A stretch of DNA of 63,980 nucleotides, filler included, from a bacterium (GTDB lineage: Bacteria; JBBIVP01), in assembly GCA_037439705.1 (NCBI GenBank). It is 13 parts of 13 records of this genome, joined end to end, with 100 filler letters (N's around TTAATTAATTAA, not from the genome) between each part and the next. Parts side by side here need not be neighbours in the genome. Positions count along the whole stretch, not along the records: positions 51,557 to 56,271 come from JBBIVP010000160.1; positions 56,372 to 61,036 come from JBBIVP010000161.1; positions 61,137 to 63,980 come from JBBIVP010000211.1; 10 more parts are not named here. One strand, 5' to 3'. Both the position numbers and the translations under genes were made by a program. This document shows positions 52,561 to 63,716 of this stretch, piece after piece. The notes under the pieces are model-generated. The model was not told the origin of the DNA. It saw only the letters and a program-made list of their open reading frames with translations, and searched no databases. How positions within the stretch are numbered: position 1 is the first letter of the stretch; each line of letters opens with the position of its first letter.

Positions 52561-52690
52561 TATTTAAACCCTCAAGTTCTTATCCCATTTTATCACAATA
52601 TACCAGAGCACTCAAACATTTTATTTTTTCAGGCATCACCCTACAAAAATACCCCCTCCTTTTTCAAAGAGCATAACCTGAAATTCTTAA

Positions 52691-55057
52691 CTATTTTCTC
52701 AATTCCGCCCCGAATTTTTCTTTTAGGTAAGAAAGGACTTCGTTGATAAGTGATTGAACAGATTCATCGTTTAATGTTGAATCCGAACTTCTTAAAACGA
52801 TGTGAAAACTTATGCTCTTCTTTCCCTCACCAATTTTTTCATCCCTGTAAAGGTCAAACAGGGAAATTTCCTCAATTAGATTACCTGCTTTTTCACATAC
52901 CGCCCTTTTCACATCTTCCCATGTGATTTTTTCGTCCAGGACAATGGAAAGGTCTCTAAGAAGGGGCGGGAATCGGCTGAATTCTTTATACACAGGAATT
53001 TCTTCCATCTCTCCGAGGAGGAATTCAAGGTATATATCAAAAAGGAAGACTTCAAGGTCTTCATCAACTTCCAGTTCTTTCAGTATTCTTTGATTCACCC
53101 TTCCTAAGATACCTATCTCCTTCTCTTCTTTTAAAATTCTTGCAGATTCGCCCTCCATAAATAACAGTGATTCCATTTTTTCTATCCTTTTTTCTTTCAC
53201 CTTCAAAATTGAAAGAATTCCTTCAACCACTCCTTTTAAGAAAAAGAAACCGCTTCCTTTCTTCTTCCATAGCTCCTCCACGGGGTTACCATAGAATCCA
53301 CCGGCGATATGAAGTTTTTCTTTTATTTCATTTCCTTCTTTGTAAAACCCCTTTCCAACTTCATAAAGCATTACATTCATAACCTTCTGTCTGTAGTTTT
53401 GAATCAAACCCTTCAGAATGCTGAAACAGGGGGACGGTCTTAAAATGTTTATGTCCTGAGAAAGCGGGTTTATGATTCTTACCGCTTCACCTTTAAATCC
53501 AGTTTTTTTAAAAAACTCCTCGCCTATGAAACTGTAAAATATTCCCTCATTAAATCCAAGAGAATTAAGATAGTTCTTTATCATTTTTATTTTTTCTGTT
53601 TTCCCCGTTTTTATTATTTGAGGAAAGATAGGAGGTGGAATTGATGGAATTTTGTCGTAACCAATTATTCTTGCTATTTCCTCTGCAATATCTTCTTTAA
53701 GCATTATATCGTGTCTGAAGGATGGAGAAATGAGTTCCAGTCCATCTTCCTTTTCCGTTACTTCAAATTTTAGATTTTTCATAACATCCTTTACCACTTC
53801 TTTTTCTACATCAATTCCGAGAAACTTTTCACTGAAAGAAAAAGGATAAAATATGGAGATTTTTCTCAATGGAGGTTCTCCCTTCTTGAAAATACCTTTT
53901 ATTGAGCAATCCTGGAATATACTCTTTATCAAAAAAATTACCCTCCTCAAACCTTTTTCCACTCCCATAGGGTCAACTCCTCTTTCAAATCTATAAGATG
54001 CTTCAGAAGATATTCCAAGTTTTTTACCTCCCCTTCTTATGAATATAGGTGAGAAGAAGGCACTTTCAAGAAATACTATCTCTGTTTCATCGGTAACTTC
54101 TGACTCCAATCCTCCCATAATTCCAGCCACTGCCTGAGGCTTTTCTCTGTCGCATATCAAGAGAATATCTTCATCCACATTTCTTTCCCTGTGGTCTATG
54201 GTAATAATTTTTTCACCATTTCTTCCCCTTCTCACCTTTATCATTCCGCCTTCTATTTTTTCAAAATCAAAGGCGTGAAGAGGTTGTCCCATTTCAAAAA
54301 GGACATAATTGGTTATATCCACTATATTATTTATGGACCTCACACCTATGGATTTGAGTTTTGCAAAAACCCATAAAGGTGGTTTTGAAACCCTGATGTT
54401 TTCCAGGATTGCTCCCATATAAAACGGACACCCTTCCATTTCCCCTATTTCTGTTATCTCCCCTTCAATAGCGGGAAACTCTTCAAAAATTTCGGGCTCA
54501 ACCATTTTCCTTCTAAATAGTGCAGAAATTTCTCGCGCAATTCCAATATGGCTCAAGCAATCTCCCCTGTTCGGTGGGACCGATATGTCCATTATAGTGT
54601 CCTCTTTGAAGATTTTTGTGAGGTCTACCCCAACTTCGGTGTCATGAGGAAAAATCATTATTCCACTCTCATCCTCACCAAGACCGAGCTCTTTTTCAGA
54701 ACATAGCATGCCGTATGAAATCTCTCCTCTTATTTTTTTCTTTTCAATTTTTATTCCTCCTGGTAGAACTGAACCTGGAAGGGCAAGAGGGCATATATCT
54801 CCTTCTTTCATGTTTTTCGCTCCGCAGACAATAGAAAGGTTCTCTTTTCCGGTATCTACCTCGCACAGGGTGAGTTTATCCGCCGAGGGATGAGGTTTTA
54901 TCTTCTTAATTCTTGCAGTAATAACTCCTGAAAAATCAGGTTTTATTTTTTTTACCTCTTCAACTTCAAACCCAGCATTTGTAAGGGCATCAGGTATTTT
55001 TTCTTCAATTCCATCTATATCCACAATCTCTTTTAGCCAGTTTAAACTTATTATCAT
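52691..55057 (-). CDS. pheT: Phenylalanine--tRNA ligase beta subunit
   Basis: HPSADKL, CGAKN, PNRGDCLS, GQPLHAFD, RFERGVD, FDX-ACB C-terminus. Confidence 0.96.
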   Translation of the reverse strand: MIISLNWLKEIVDIDGIEEKIPDALTNAGFEVEEVKKIKPDFSGVITARIKKIKPHPSADKLTLCEVDTGKENLSIVCGAKNMKEGDICPLALPGSVLPGGIKIEKKKIRGEISYGMLCSEKELGLGEDESGIMIFPHDTEVGVDLTKIFKEDTIMDISVPPNRGDCLSHIGIAREISALFRRKMVEPEIFEEFPAIEGEITEIGEMEGCPFYMGAILENIRVSKPPLWVFAKLKSIGVRSINNIVDITNYVLFEMGQPLHAFDFEKIEGGMIKVRRGRNGEKIITIDHRERNVDEDILLICDREKPQAVAGIMGGLESEVTDETEIVFLESAFFSPIFIRRGGKKLGISSEASYRFERGVDPMGVEKGLRRVIFLIKSIFQDCSIKGIFKKGEPPLRKISIFYPFSFSEKFLGIDVEKEVVKDVMKNLKFEVTEKEDGLELISPSFRHDIMLKEDIAEEIARIIGYDKIPSIPPPIFPQIIKTGKTEKIKMIKNYLNSLGFNEGIFYSFIGEEFFKKTGFKGEAVRIINPLSQDINILRPSPCFSILKGLIQNYRQKVMNVMLYEVGKGFYKEGNEIKEKLHIAGGFYGNPVEELWKKKGSGFFFLKGVVEGILSILKVKEKRIEKMESLLFMEGESARILKEEKEIGILGRVNQRILKELEVDEDLEVFLFDIYLEFLLGEMEEIPVYKEFSRFPPLLRDLSIVLDEKITWEDVKRAVCEKAGNLIEEISLFDLYRDEKIGEGKKSISFHIVLRSSDSTLNDESVQSLINEVLSYLKEKFGAELRK

Positions 55058-56071
55058 CTAAAACTGTCTCAAAAACCTTATATCGTTTTCAAAAAGAAGT
55101 CTTATGTCATTTATTCTGAACTTGAGCATGGCAAGTCTTTCAACTCCCAGTCCAAAAGCGTATCCCTGTATGTCTTCCGGATATCCAACTGCCCTGAAAA
55201 CATTTGGATGGACCATTCCACATCCCATTATTTCAAGCCACCCGGTACCACACACCCTGCACCCATCTCCTCCGCATAACACGCACCCTATATCAACCTC
55301 TGCGGAAGGTTCGGTAAAAGGGAAATAACTTGGTCTGAACCTTATCCTTGTTTCTTCTCCGAACAGGGCTTTTAGAAAAATTTCAATAGTTCCCTTGAGA
55401 TGGATGAATTTCACATCCTTATACACATATAATCCTTCAACCTGATGGAACATTGGTGTGTGAGACACATCTGAATCCCTTCTGTAAACCCTCCCGGGGG
55501 CTATGATTCTTACAGGAGGTTTTCTTGCCATCATCACCCTTATCTGAACAGGAGATGTGTGGGTTCTCAAAAGTCTGTCTCCATCTATGTAAAGGGTGTC
55601 CTGCATATCCCTTGCCGGATGCCATTTAGGTATGTTCAATGCCTCAAAATTGAAAAAGTCTGTCTCCACTTCAGGACCCTCCGCCACATCAAAGTTCATG
55701 CTCCTGAATATCTCTATTATTTCATCCATAACCTGGGACACAGGATGAAACCTTCCGGGAGCACGGATTAACCCTGGAAGGGTTATATCAACCGCTCCCT
55801 CTTTCTTTATTTTGAATTCACTTTCCTTTCTTTTGAAAAATTCCTCAAGAAAATCCTTTATTTCATTGAACTTCAAGCCGAGGGTTCTTTTCTCCTCAGG
55901 TGGTGCGGATTTGAGTTTTTCCTTCAGGGTTGTGAGGAGACTTTCCTTTCTGCCGATATATTTTGATTTCAATCTCAGAAACTGGTCTAAATTCTTTACT
56001 TCTTTTATTTCTTTCTCAATCTCATTTTTTATTTTTTCAAGGCTTATATCGGCTTCCATAAATTTCTCCAT
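55058..56071 (-). CDS. pheS: Phenylalanine--tRNA ligase alpha subunit
   Basis: HPARDMQDT, LRTHTSPVQ, FHQVEG, YFPFTEPS, AFGLGVERLAM. Confidence 0.96.
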   Translation of the reverse strand: MEKFMEADISLEKIKNEIEKEIKEVKNLDQFLRLKSKYIGRKESLLTTLKEKLKSAPPEEKRTLGLKFNEIKDFLEEFFKRKESEFKIKKEGAVDITLPGLIRAPGRFHPVSQVMDEIIEIFRSMNFDVAEGPEVETDFFNFEALNIPKWHPARDMQDTLYIDGDRLLRTHTSPVQIRVMMARKPPVRIIAPGRVYRRDSDVSHTPMFHQVEGLYVYKDVKFIHLKGTIEIFLKALFGEETRIRFRPSYFPFTEPSAEVDIGCVLCGGDGCRVCGTGWLEIMGCGMVHPNVFRAVGYPEDIQGYAFGLGVERLAMLKFRINDIRLLFENDIRFLRQF

Positions 56072-56220
56072 TTCAATTTTGTAAGATATTATTCAATTTT
56101 TAAGGGCTTTTCAACAAACCTTTCTTTTTGTGTGGATGTCTGATTCTGCCTTTGTGTCTCAGGGAAAATGATTTTTTACATTTATCAGGGTCTTTTCGCC
56201 TTAAAAAGATAAAAATCGTC

Positions 56221-56269
56221 TTTCCTCATAATTAAATCTATTTGAAATATATGTCATTATGTATACCTC
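56221..56269. repeat. 49-bp exact repeat containing a dif-like 28-mer (copy 2), at a contig end
   Basis: Identical to 26227-26275. Confidence 0.8.
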
Positions 56270-56500
56270 CTNNNNNNNNNNNNNNNNNNNNNNNNNNNNN
56301 NNNNNNNNNNNNNNNTTAATTAATTAANNNNNNNNNNNNNNNNNNNNNNNNNNNNNNNNNNNNNNNNNNNNTTTAAAGAGAACACAATGGTCAGGGGAAA
56401 CCCATTATGGAATCCGGAGGAATGGAGATAAAGGGCAAAATTTGACTTGAGGATTTATCTGGATTATAAATATTTAAAAACAAAAAAGGGAGATGGAAAA

Positions 56501-56746
56501 ATGGCGAGGATTACAATAGAAAAGGAACTCCAGAAAATTCCAAATAAATATCTTCTAACAAGAGCAGCAATAGAAAGGGCGCTAAAACTGATGTCTGGAA
56601 TAAAGCCGTTGATAGAAAACAAAGATAATAACAAAGAAGTAATAATGGCTTTGAGAGAAATTGCAGAAGGAAAGGTGAAATTAGTGAAAAGAGAAAAGGA
56701 GGAAAGGGAATCAAAAACTATACTTAAAGAACGGAAAGGAAAATAA
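56501..56746 (+). CDS. rpoZ: RNA polymerase omega subunit
   Basis: MARITIE...NKYLL...RA...ALREIAEG; directly upstream of rel/spoT. Confidence 0.88.
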   Translation: MARITIEKELQKIPNKYLLTRAAIERALKLMSGIKPLIENKDNNKEVIMALREIAEGKVKLVKREKEERESKTILKERKGK

Positions 56747-56755
56747 GGATTTATT

Positions 56756-58879
56756 GTGCCTGATATAGAGGAAATTAAGAGGAAGCTGAGGGAGTATAAG
56801 GAGGACACTAATTTTGATCTGATAGAAAAAGCATACAATTTTGCAAAAAATTACCACGAAAAGCAGTTCAGGAAAGATGGTTCAGAATTTATGAGTCATC
56901 CTTTAAGTGTGGCAGAAATAACCACTCGTTTACATTTAGATGAAATCTGCGTTGCTGCTGCGCTTCTTCACGATGTGGCAGAAGATACATCTGTGACAAT
57001 TGATGAAATAAAAAAAGAATTTGGAGAAAATGTAGCATTTTTGGTGGATTCTCTGACAAAGCTCTCTTCTTACCAGTATAAAAGTAAAAAAATTAGGGAG
57101 GCTGAAAACTTTAGAAAGATGCTTTTTGCAATGAGTAAAGACATAAGAGTAATTCTTATAAAACTTGCGGATAGATTACATAATATGCAAACGCTTTCAG
57201 CACTTTCTCCTGAAAAACAACTGGAAATTTCTTCTGAAACTATGGAAATATATGTTCCAATTGCCCACAGGCTTGGTATATACTGGCTGAAAGCAGAATT
57301 AGAAGACCTCGCTTTTTCTTATTTAAAACCTGAAATTTATCAAAAGATAAAGAATGCTCTCGCTTCAATTAAACCGAAGGCTGAGGAATACATAAGAAAA
57401 GTTTCGGAACTGATAAAAAGAAAACTTGAGGAGAATGGAGTAAAGGCTGAGGTACAGGGCAGGTTCAAACATATATACGGAATATATAAAAAAATGGAAA
57501 AGTATCAAACAGATGTACTGGGAGTGCATGATATGTTTGCGTTCAGGATAATTGTTGATGATATACCAACCTGTTACCATGTTCTTGGATTCGTTAATTC
57601 TTTCTTTAGTCCTGTTCCTGGAAGCGTGAAGGACTACATAGCCCTTCCGAAAATAAATAATTATAGTTACATGCATACTGTGGTGATAGGTCCTGAACGA
57701 AAAAGGATAGAAATTCAGATAAGGACATACGAAATGCACAAAGAGGCTGAAGAAGGAATAGCAGCTCACTGGATATATAAAGGAGGTGAAAAAATTTCAG
57801 AAGAGGAGATTAAAAAGTATGTGTGGCTCAGATATTTAGTAGAAGCAAAAAATGACTATTCCAATGCACTTGAATTTGTTGAGGCTGTAAAGGAAGATAT
57901 TTTTTCAAAAGAAATATATGTTTTCACTCCCAAAGGCGATGTTATAGAACTTCCAATTGGTTCCACTCCTGTTGATTTTGCCTATTACATACACACAGAG
58001 CTTGGAAATACCTGTGTGGGTGCAAAGGTAAATGGTGTTATGGTTCCACTTGACCACCAACTAAATACAGGGGATAGCGTTGAAATAATTACATCAAAAA
58101 ATCAGAAACCGAGGAGGGATTGGCTCAAGTTTGTGGTTACGGAGAGGGCGAGAACCAAAATTAAGTCCTTCCTCAAGAAGGAAGAAAAGGAAATGATGAG
58201 AGAAATGGGTAGGGGACATCTGTTGAAGGAGATGAAAAAAGCAGGTCTATCAAAAAATATACTTGAGGATGAGAATGTAAAAGAAAGGTTTCTTTCAGAG
58301 GGAAAGGTTCGTTCAATGGATGAACTTTTTGAAAAAATAGGTTCAAGAGTTATCTTTCCATCTAATCTTTTATCTGCGGTATTTCCTGGGAAAAAGGAAG
58401 AGGTTTATGAGAAAAGAGGGATAAGGGAAGGAGAGGTTATCGTAGCAGGAGAAAGGGGAATTTCTTTTCGCATTGCAAAGTGCTGTAGTCCCATTCCGGA
58501 TGAGCCAATTGTGGGAATAATCACAAAAAGGGGAGGGCTTTCAGTCCATCATATAAGATGTTCAAAGATAAGGGATGTGCCTGATGAGATGAGAGTTATG
58601 GTAGAATGGGGAAAGAGCGATATAGGTGGAATGGAGGCAGTTCTTCAGGTTATCGGAATAGACAGACCAGGTTTGCTTGCTGATATATCAAGTAATATCT
58701 CAAAACACAAGGTAAATATAACCAATATGAAGATGTGGCTTAATAAATCTGGCAATGCGGAGGGCAGATTCAGGGTTTCGGTGAGGAATATATCTGAATT
58801 AAAAAAAGTTATTGATTCCATAGAAAGCGTATCAGGTGTTATATATGTGAAGAGGCTGGGAAGGGAAGGGATTATATAA
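56756..58879 (+). CDS. spoT: Bifunctional (p)ppGpp synthetase/hydrolase (long RSH)
   Basis: HD domain LLHDVAEDT, KLADRLHNM, EIQIRT, TGS domain FTPKG...DFAY, CC motif, ACT domain DRPGLL. Confidence 0.9.
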   Translation: MPDIEEIKRKLREYKEDTNFDLIEKAYNFAKNYHEKQFRKDGSEFMSHPLSVAEITTRLHLDEICVAAALLHDVAEDTSVTIDEIKKEFGENVAFLVDSLTKLSSYQYKSKKIREAENFRKMLFAMSKDIRVILIKLADRLHNMQTLSALSPEKQLEISSETMEIYVPIAHRLGIYWLKAELEDLAFSYLKPEIYQKIKNALASIKPKAEEYIRKVSELIKRKLEENGVKAEVQGRFKHIYGIYKKMEKYQTDVLGVHDMFAFRIIVDDIPTCYHVLGFVNSFFSPVPGSVKDYIALPKINNYSYMHTVVIGPERKRIEIQIRTYEMHKEAEEGIAAHWIYKGGEKISEEEIKKYVWLRYLVEAKNDYSNALEFVEAVKEDIFSKEIYVFTPKGDVIELPIGSTPVDFAYYIHTELGNTCVGAKVNGVMVPLDHQLNTGDSVEIITSKNQKPRRDWLKFVVTERARTKIKSFLKKEEKEMMREMGRGHLLKEMKKAGLSKNILEDENVKERFLSEGKVRSMDELFEKIGSRVIFPSNLLSAVFPGKKEEVYEKRGIREGEVIVAGERGISFRIAKCCSPIPDEPIVGIITKRGGLSVHHIRCSKIRDVPDEMRVMVEWGKSDIGGMEAVLQVIGIDRPGLLADISSNISKHKVNITNMKMWLNKSGNAEGRFRVSVRNISELKKVIDSIESVSGVIYVKRLGREGII

Positions 58880-58969
58880 TATAAAATGCAAAATGAAAAT
58901 TTAGGAAATAATTTGTATTAAGACTTTCGCATTTTTAATTAAAAATCTCATTGTGATAATATCTCACAT

Positions 58970-59758
58970 ATGGACGAAAATATAAGGATAATTTTTATAG
59001 GGGATGTGATTGGAAAGCCCGGAAGAATTGCCATTTCAAAAATTTTGCCAGAAATAAAAAAGGAGTATTTTCCTGATTTAGTAATTGCGAATTGTGAAAA
59101 TGTCGCAGGTGGATTTGGAGCAACTGCTGATGCCCTGAAGGAACTGGAGGAAGCCGGAATTGATTTTTTTACTTCCGGAAATCATATATGGGACAAAAAG
59201 GATATTTTAAAATTCATGGGCGAGAAAAAAAATCTTGTCAGACCCGCCAACTACCCTGATGGGGTCCCAGGAGCGGGCTGGAAAATTGTGGAAACAAAAA
59301 ATGGAAAGGTGGGCATTATTAATCTTGCTGGAAGGGTTTTTATGGAACCACTTGATTGTCCTTTCAGAAAGGCAAAGGAAATTATTCAGGAAATAAAAAA
59401 GGAAACAAATGTGATAATCGTAGATTTCCATGCAGAAGCCACTTCTGAAAAGATGGCAATGGGGCTTTATCTTGCAGGAGAGGTTTCTGCTGTTATAGGA
59501 ACCCATACGCATGTTCAGACAGCGGACGAAAAAATTTTGAACGAATGGACTGGATTTATCACAGATATAGGAATGGCAGGTGATGTGAATTCAGTCATTG
59601 GAATGGATGCAAGCATTGCTATTGAGAGGTTTCTCTTTCATATTCCCAAGAAGTTAAAACCTGCAGAGGGGAAAACCGTGGAGGTGCAGGGTGCGTTTCT
59701 GGAGATTTCAAAAAGTGGAGCATGTAAAAAAATAGAGAGGATAAACAGAAAGTTATGA
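58970..59758 (+). CDS. YmdB-family metallophosphoesterase
   Basis: IGDVIGKPG, NCEN, TSGNHIWD, DFHAEATSEK, GTHTH, TDIGM. Confidence 0.9.
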   Translation: MDENIRIIFIGDVIGKPGRIAISKILPEIKKEYFPDLVIANCENVAGGFGATADALKELEEAGIDFFTSGNHIWDKKDILKFMGEKKNLVRPANYPDGVPGAGWKIVETKNGKVGIINLAGRVFMEPLDCPFRKAKEIIQEIKKETNVIIVDFHAEATSEKMAMGLYLAGEVSAVIGTHTHVQTADEKILNEWTGFITDIGMAGDVNSVIGMDASIAIERFLFHIPKKLKPAEGKTVEVQGAFLEISKSGACKKIERINRKL

Positions 59759-60480
59759 TAATAATTCCAGCAGTTGACATAAAAGAAGGAAGATGTGTGA
59801 GGCTTTACAAAGGAAAAGAGGAGAAGGTGTTTTTTTATAACCTTTCTCCAGTAGAAGCAGCAATTTTTTGGCAATCGCAGGGGGCGGAGAGACTCCATGT
59901 GGTCGATCTTGATGGCGCTTTCAGTGGCAGACCTGTGAATTTTGAAATAATAAAAGAAATAATTAAAACCGTAAAAATTCCTGTTCAGGTAGGAGGAGGG
60001 ATAAGGAGGGTAGAGGATGTGGAAAGGTTTCTTGGAGCGGGGGCTAAAAATGTTATAATCTCAACGGTTGCTATAAAAGATATGGGATTTTTCAGGGAGC
60101 TTGCTTTTTCTTTCAGCGGAAAAATCCTTCTTTCCATTGATGTAAAGAAAGGTAAAATTGGTATTAATGGATGGAAAAATCTGGTGGACCTTGATTTGAA
60201 TTTTTTCTTGAGAATTACAGACGAACTTCCAATTGGTGGATACATATTTACGAATATAGAAAGGGATGGCACTCTTAAAGGAATGGACATAAAGGGTTTA
60301 GAAAAATTTATGGAAATTGTTAAGAAGGATGTGTATTTGGCAGGCGGAATTTCAAGATACGAGGACATAAAAATTTTAAAGAGTTCGGGTAACAAAAAAA
60401 TTAAGGGGGTTATAATAGGAAAGGCATTATATGATGGGCAACTGGATTTCAAAACATTAATTTCAATAGCGAGGCAGTAA
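59755..60480 (+). CDS. hisA: ProFAR isomerase
   Basis: [43 protein letters not shown]. Confidence 0.93.
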   Translation: MIIIPAVDIKEGRCVRLYKGKEEKVFFYNLSPVEAAIFWQSQGAERLHVVDLDGAFSGRPVNFEIIKEIIKTVKIPVQVGGGIRRVEDVERFLGAGAKNVIISTVAIKDMGFFRELAFSFSGKILLSIDVKKGKIGINGWKNLVDLDLNFFLRITDELPIGGYIFTNIERDGTLKGMDIKGLEKFMEIVKKDVYLAGGISRYEDIKILKSSGNKKIKGVIIGKALYDGQLDFKTLISIARQ

Positions 60481-60481
60481 A

Positions 60482-61036
60482 ATGCTTGCGGTGCGAATAA
60501 TTCCCTGTCTTGATGTGAAAGACGGAAGGGTGGTAAAGGGTATAAACTTCGTGAACCTGAGGGATGCAGGAGACCCTGCGGAGAATGCAGAAATATATGA
60601 AAAAGAACTCGCCGATGAATTATGTTTTCTTGATATAACAGCTTCTTATGAAGGACGAAAAACCATGATAAAGGTGGTTGAAAGAACTGCTGAAAGGATA
60701 TCAATGCCACTTCTTGTGGGAGGTGGGATAAGAACCATTGATGATATCAGGGATTTGCTCCTTGCAGGTGCTGATAGGGTTTCTATAAATACTCAGGCTG
60801 TTGAAGACCCATCTTTTATAAATAAAGCCAGTGAAAAATTTGGTTCACAGTGCATCATCGTTGCAATTGATAGTAAGAAAAAAGGAGATGGATGGGAGGT
60901 TTATACATATGGAGGGAGAAAACCAACTGGATTGGATGCGCTCAAATGGGCAGTGGAGGTGGAGAAAAGGGGAGCAGGTGAGATACTTTTAACAAGCATG
61001 GACAGGGACGGGACAAAATATGGATATGATATAGAA
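60482..61036 (+). CDS. hisF: Imidazole glycerol phosphate synthase cyclase subunit; 3' end truncated
   Basis: [35 protein letters not shown]. Confidence 0.95.
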
Positions 61037-61136
61037 NNNNNNNNNNNNNNNNNNNNNNNNNNNNNNNNNNNNNNNNNNNNTTAATTAATTAANNNNNNNN
61101 NNNNNNNNNNNNNNNNNNNNNNNNNNNNNNNNNNNN

Positions 61137-61899
61137 CCACAGCAGGAAGAATGAGTTCCTTCTCTTCCTCCCCAAAGAGTCCACCTTCCCCACAATGCGG
61201 GTTCAAACCGCATATCCCTATTCTCGGGTTTTTTACTCCGAAGTATTCACACATCGCATAATGGGCAAGTTTTATGGTTCTGAAAACCTTACCGGGTGTG
61301 ATGTTGATTGCCACATCCCTTAAAGGAATATGCGTGGTCACAAGCACAACCTTTAACTTCTGCCCCGCCATCATCATAGCAAAATTTTTTGCGCCTGTTA
61401 TGTCAGCCATCAATTCTGTATGACCTGCAAAATGAAATCCTGCCTCGTTTATTATTTCCTTATTGATTGGAGCGGTAACCACCGCATCAATCTCGTTTTT
61501 CAGAGCACATCTTGTTGCTTCTCTTATATAATTTACCATTGCTTTCCCACAGTTCTTGTCAGGTCTTCCTGCCTTCAATCTTTCCGTATTAAGATTGGAA
61601 ATAGTTCTCACATATACGACATTATTTTCGGGGATGAAATTTTTGAACTTTGAGATTTCCTGAACCTTTCCATCGTATCCAAGCATTTTCATTGACTTAT
61701 TTATTACTCCCTTATCTCCGAAGATAATTATTCTCGCTCTTGACTGAACCTCGGGATTCATAGCACTTTTTACACACACCTCGGGTCCCACCCCTGTGGG
61801 ATCGCCCATTGTTAGCCCTATCAGGGGCAGATTTAATTTTTCAATGTTTCCAGTTCTTTTAACTCTACTCCCACTTTTTTCTTCTGTTTTTTTATCCAT
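61137..61899 (-). CDS. pdxA: 4-hydroxythreonine-4-phosphate dehydrogenase; 3' end truncated
   Basis: TMGDPTGVGPE, VTAPINK, GHTE, TTHIPL, GLNPHCGE. Confidence 0.92.
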
Positions 61900-61923
61900 C
61901 CTTTTAATAAATCCTCCCTTTTT

Positions 61924-62730
61924 TCATTTATATTTTTGACCTTCAAATAATTTTTTGTTATAAGTANNNNNNNNNNTTATATCATTGACAAATATTATAT
62001 GAAAGCCATTTTTTACTGCAACTGGTGGGCTTACTTCCCCTGGTGAAAGGGAAAAAGCCACCTCTTCTATTTCCTTTATCAGTTCTCCTCTCTTAATCCA
62101 GCCAATTCTGCCTCCTTCTCTGGATGAAGGAGCTTCTGAATAATTTTCTGCAATCCTCATAACTTCAGAAAGCCTATCTTCTTTTTTTCTGTTTTTTATT
62201 GACCTGTAAAATCCTTCCGCTCTTTTCAATGAGGCTTCATCCCTTCCCTTTACAAATATATGAAAAACCTCCACCTCCCCTCCGCTTACGAATTTATCCT
62301 GATTTGTTAAATAAAACCTCTTCAGTTCCTCCTCATTCAATGAACCCTCTTTCTGAAAAAGGAAGAAAGAGATTTTATTTCTTAAAATTTTTCTTCTCAG
62401 GTGCTTTTTGAAATGCTCAATGTTTTTAAAACCTTCCTTTTTTATAATTTCCTCAAAGTTTTCGGGCGAGATTCCCTGCTGAGACATCAAATTCATTATT
62501 TCTTCATTTAACTCTTTCTCATTCACCTCAATTCCCATTTCCCTTGCATTCATTTCTATGATTTCCATTTCAACCAGCCAGTCTATTGCTTCTTTCATGG
62601 GAAGGTTATAAAAGCGAGCAACTTCCTCTGCCTCTGATAATGTTATTGCATTCCCTTCCACTACAGCCACTATTTTGTCCACCAGAACCTCTGTAGCGAT
62701 AAATACCAAACTGCAAAAAATTCCTACCAT
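61924..62730 (-). CDS. SurA-like parvulin peptidyl-prolyl isomerase/chaperone (10-N gap near the 3' end)
   Basis: DKIVAVV...ITLSE, YSEAPSSREGGRIGW, GEVSPPV...GFHI; upstream of pdxA as in surA-pdxA operons. Confidence 0.75.
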   Translation of the reverse strand: MVGIFCSLVFIATEVLVDKIVAVVEGNAITLSEAEEVARFYNLPMKEAIDWLVEMEIIEMNAREMGIEVNEKELNEEIMNLMSQQGISPENFEEIIKKEGFKNIEHFKKHLRRKILRNKISFFLFQKEGSLNEEELKRFYLTNQDKFVSGGEVEVFHIFVKGRDEASLKRAEGFYRSIKNRKKEDRLSEVMRIAENYSEAPSSREGGRIGWIKRGELIKEIEEVAFSLSPGEVSPPVAVKNGFHIIFVNDIXXXXTYNKKLFEGQKYK

Positions 62731-63596
62731 CTTATACTCTCAAATGAAATTTCTTTCCTTTTTATTTCAGCCTTCTTCTTCAGTTCAAGGACGAGGTTCT
62801 TAAAAAACTCCTCTTTTTTCTCCGTTTTCTTGATTTCTTCCAGTTCCCTTTTTGTTCTCTCTGCCCTTTCCATCTTCCCTTTCTTTAAAACCTTGAAAAG
62901 GTGATAGCCGTATGCACTTTTTATTATATCACTAACCTCGCCCTCTTTCATTGTGAAACATACATCAAACTCGGATGGCATCTCTTCAGGAAAAAATGGT
63001 CCCAATCTTCCTCCATTTTTCCCTTCAGGTGATATGGAGAATTCTTTTGCCACTTCCTCAAAAGGAGTCCCCTTTTTTATAAGTTCTAAAGCCTTTTCTG
63101 CTTCTTCCCTTTTATTGGTTACTATGTGAAGAATCTCAACATAGGGAGAGGGTTCTTCTTCTGAGTCCTTAACCTCTACCCGATTTTCTTCTTCCTTTTC
63201 CACTTTAAAAAGCCTCTCAAGGACAAGTAGGGCTAAAACATCTTTCCTGTGCGTGTAAAACCATTCGTTGTAGGAAATTCCTTCACTTTTAAGATTTTTT
63301 TTCACATCCTCCTTAGAATAATCCTTAAACATCGCCCTCTCTACATCTTCCACCGGAATTGAGTTTGTAATATCAGGAAAGGATGTTATGATGACCTCCC
63401 TGTTTATCAGTTCTTCCAGTTTCTGATAAAAAAGTGTTCTGAGAACATTGGTATCTGCTGTTCTCATTCGCAATTCCTTCAGTCTTATTTCTAATTCCCA
63501 GAGATATATAGGCTGACCGTTTACGACACCAACCACAGGTTCCCTTGCACAGCTGAAGAAAAGAAGCGCTATTATTTTCAAATACCTTGGATTCAT
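62724..63596 (-). CDS. Parvulin/PpiC-type peptidyl-prolyl isomerase lipoprotein
   Basis: Lipobox FFSC, VNGQPI, FEEVAKEFSISPEGKNGGRLG, GEVSDII...YGYHL. Confidence 0.82.
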   Translation of the reverse strand: MNPRYLKIIALLFFSCAREPVVGVVNGQPIYLWELEIRLKELRMRTADTNVLRTLFYQKLEELINREVIITSFPDITNSIPVEDVERAMFKDYSKEDVKKNLKSEGISYNEWFYTHRKDVLALLVLERLFKVEKEEENRVEVKDSEEEPSPYVEILHIVTNKREEAEKALELIKKGTPFEEVAKEFSISPEGKNGGRLGPFFPEEMPSEFDVCFTMKEGEVSDIIKSAYGYHLFKVLKKGKMERAERTKRELEEIKKTEKKEEFFKNLVLELKKKAEIKRKEISFESIRW

Positions 63597-63716
63597 TTTT
63601 GTGATTATACAAACAAAAACTTTTCTTATGCAAATTTTTAGTCAATGTATGGAGAATTACTCCCTGTAAGTGCCCCCAATTTTTTAGCGAATGGGGTGTA
63701 GTAGGCGCTATAGCGC

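Noticed and set aside
59985..60710. Long antisense ORFs (241 aa opposite hisA/hisF; also 17036-17596, 37814-38284, 16448-16897 and similar)
   Set aside because: They lie opposite well-conserved genes, show reverse-complement composition bias and carry no recognisable motifs.
5273..61136. TTAATTAATTAA motif recurring about every 5 kb within N runs
   Set aside because: Artificial six-frame stop linker between contigs; ORF ends ending in ...LIN or ...N come from it.
63661..63716. Possible tRNA or ncRNA around the GCGCTATAGCGC palindrome
   Set aside because: No T-arm GTTC motif, cloverleaf or recognisable RNA family pattern; the resemblance to 5378-5400 is too weak to call a repeat.
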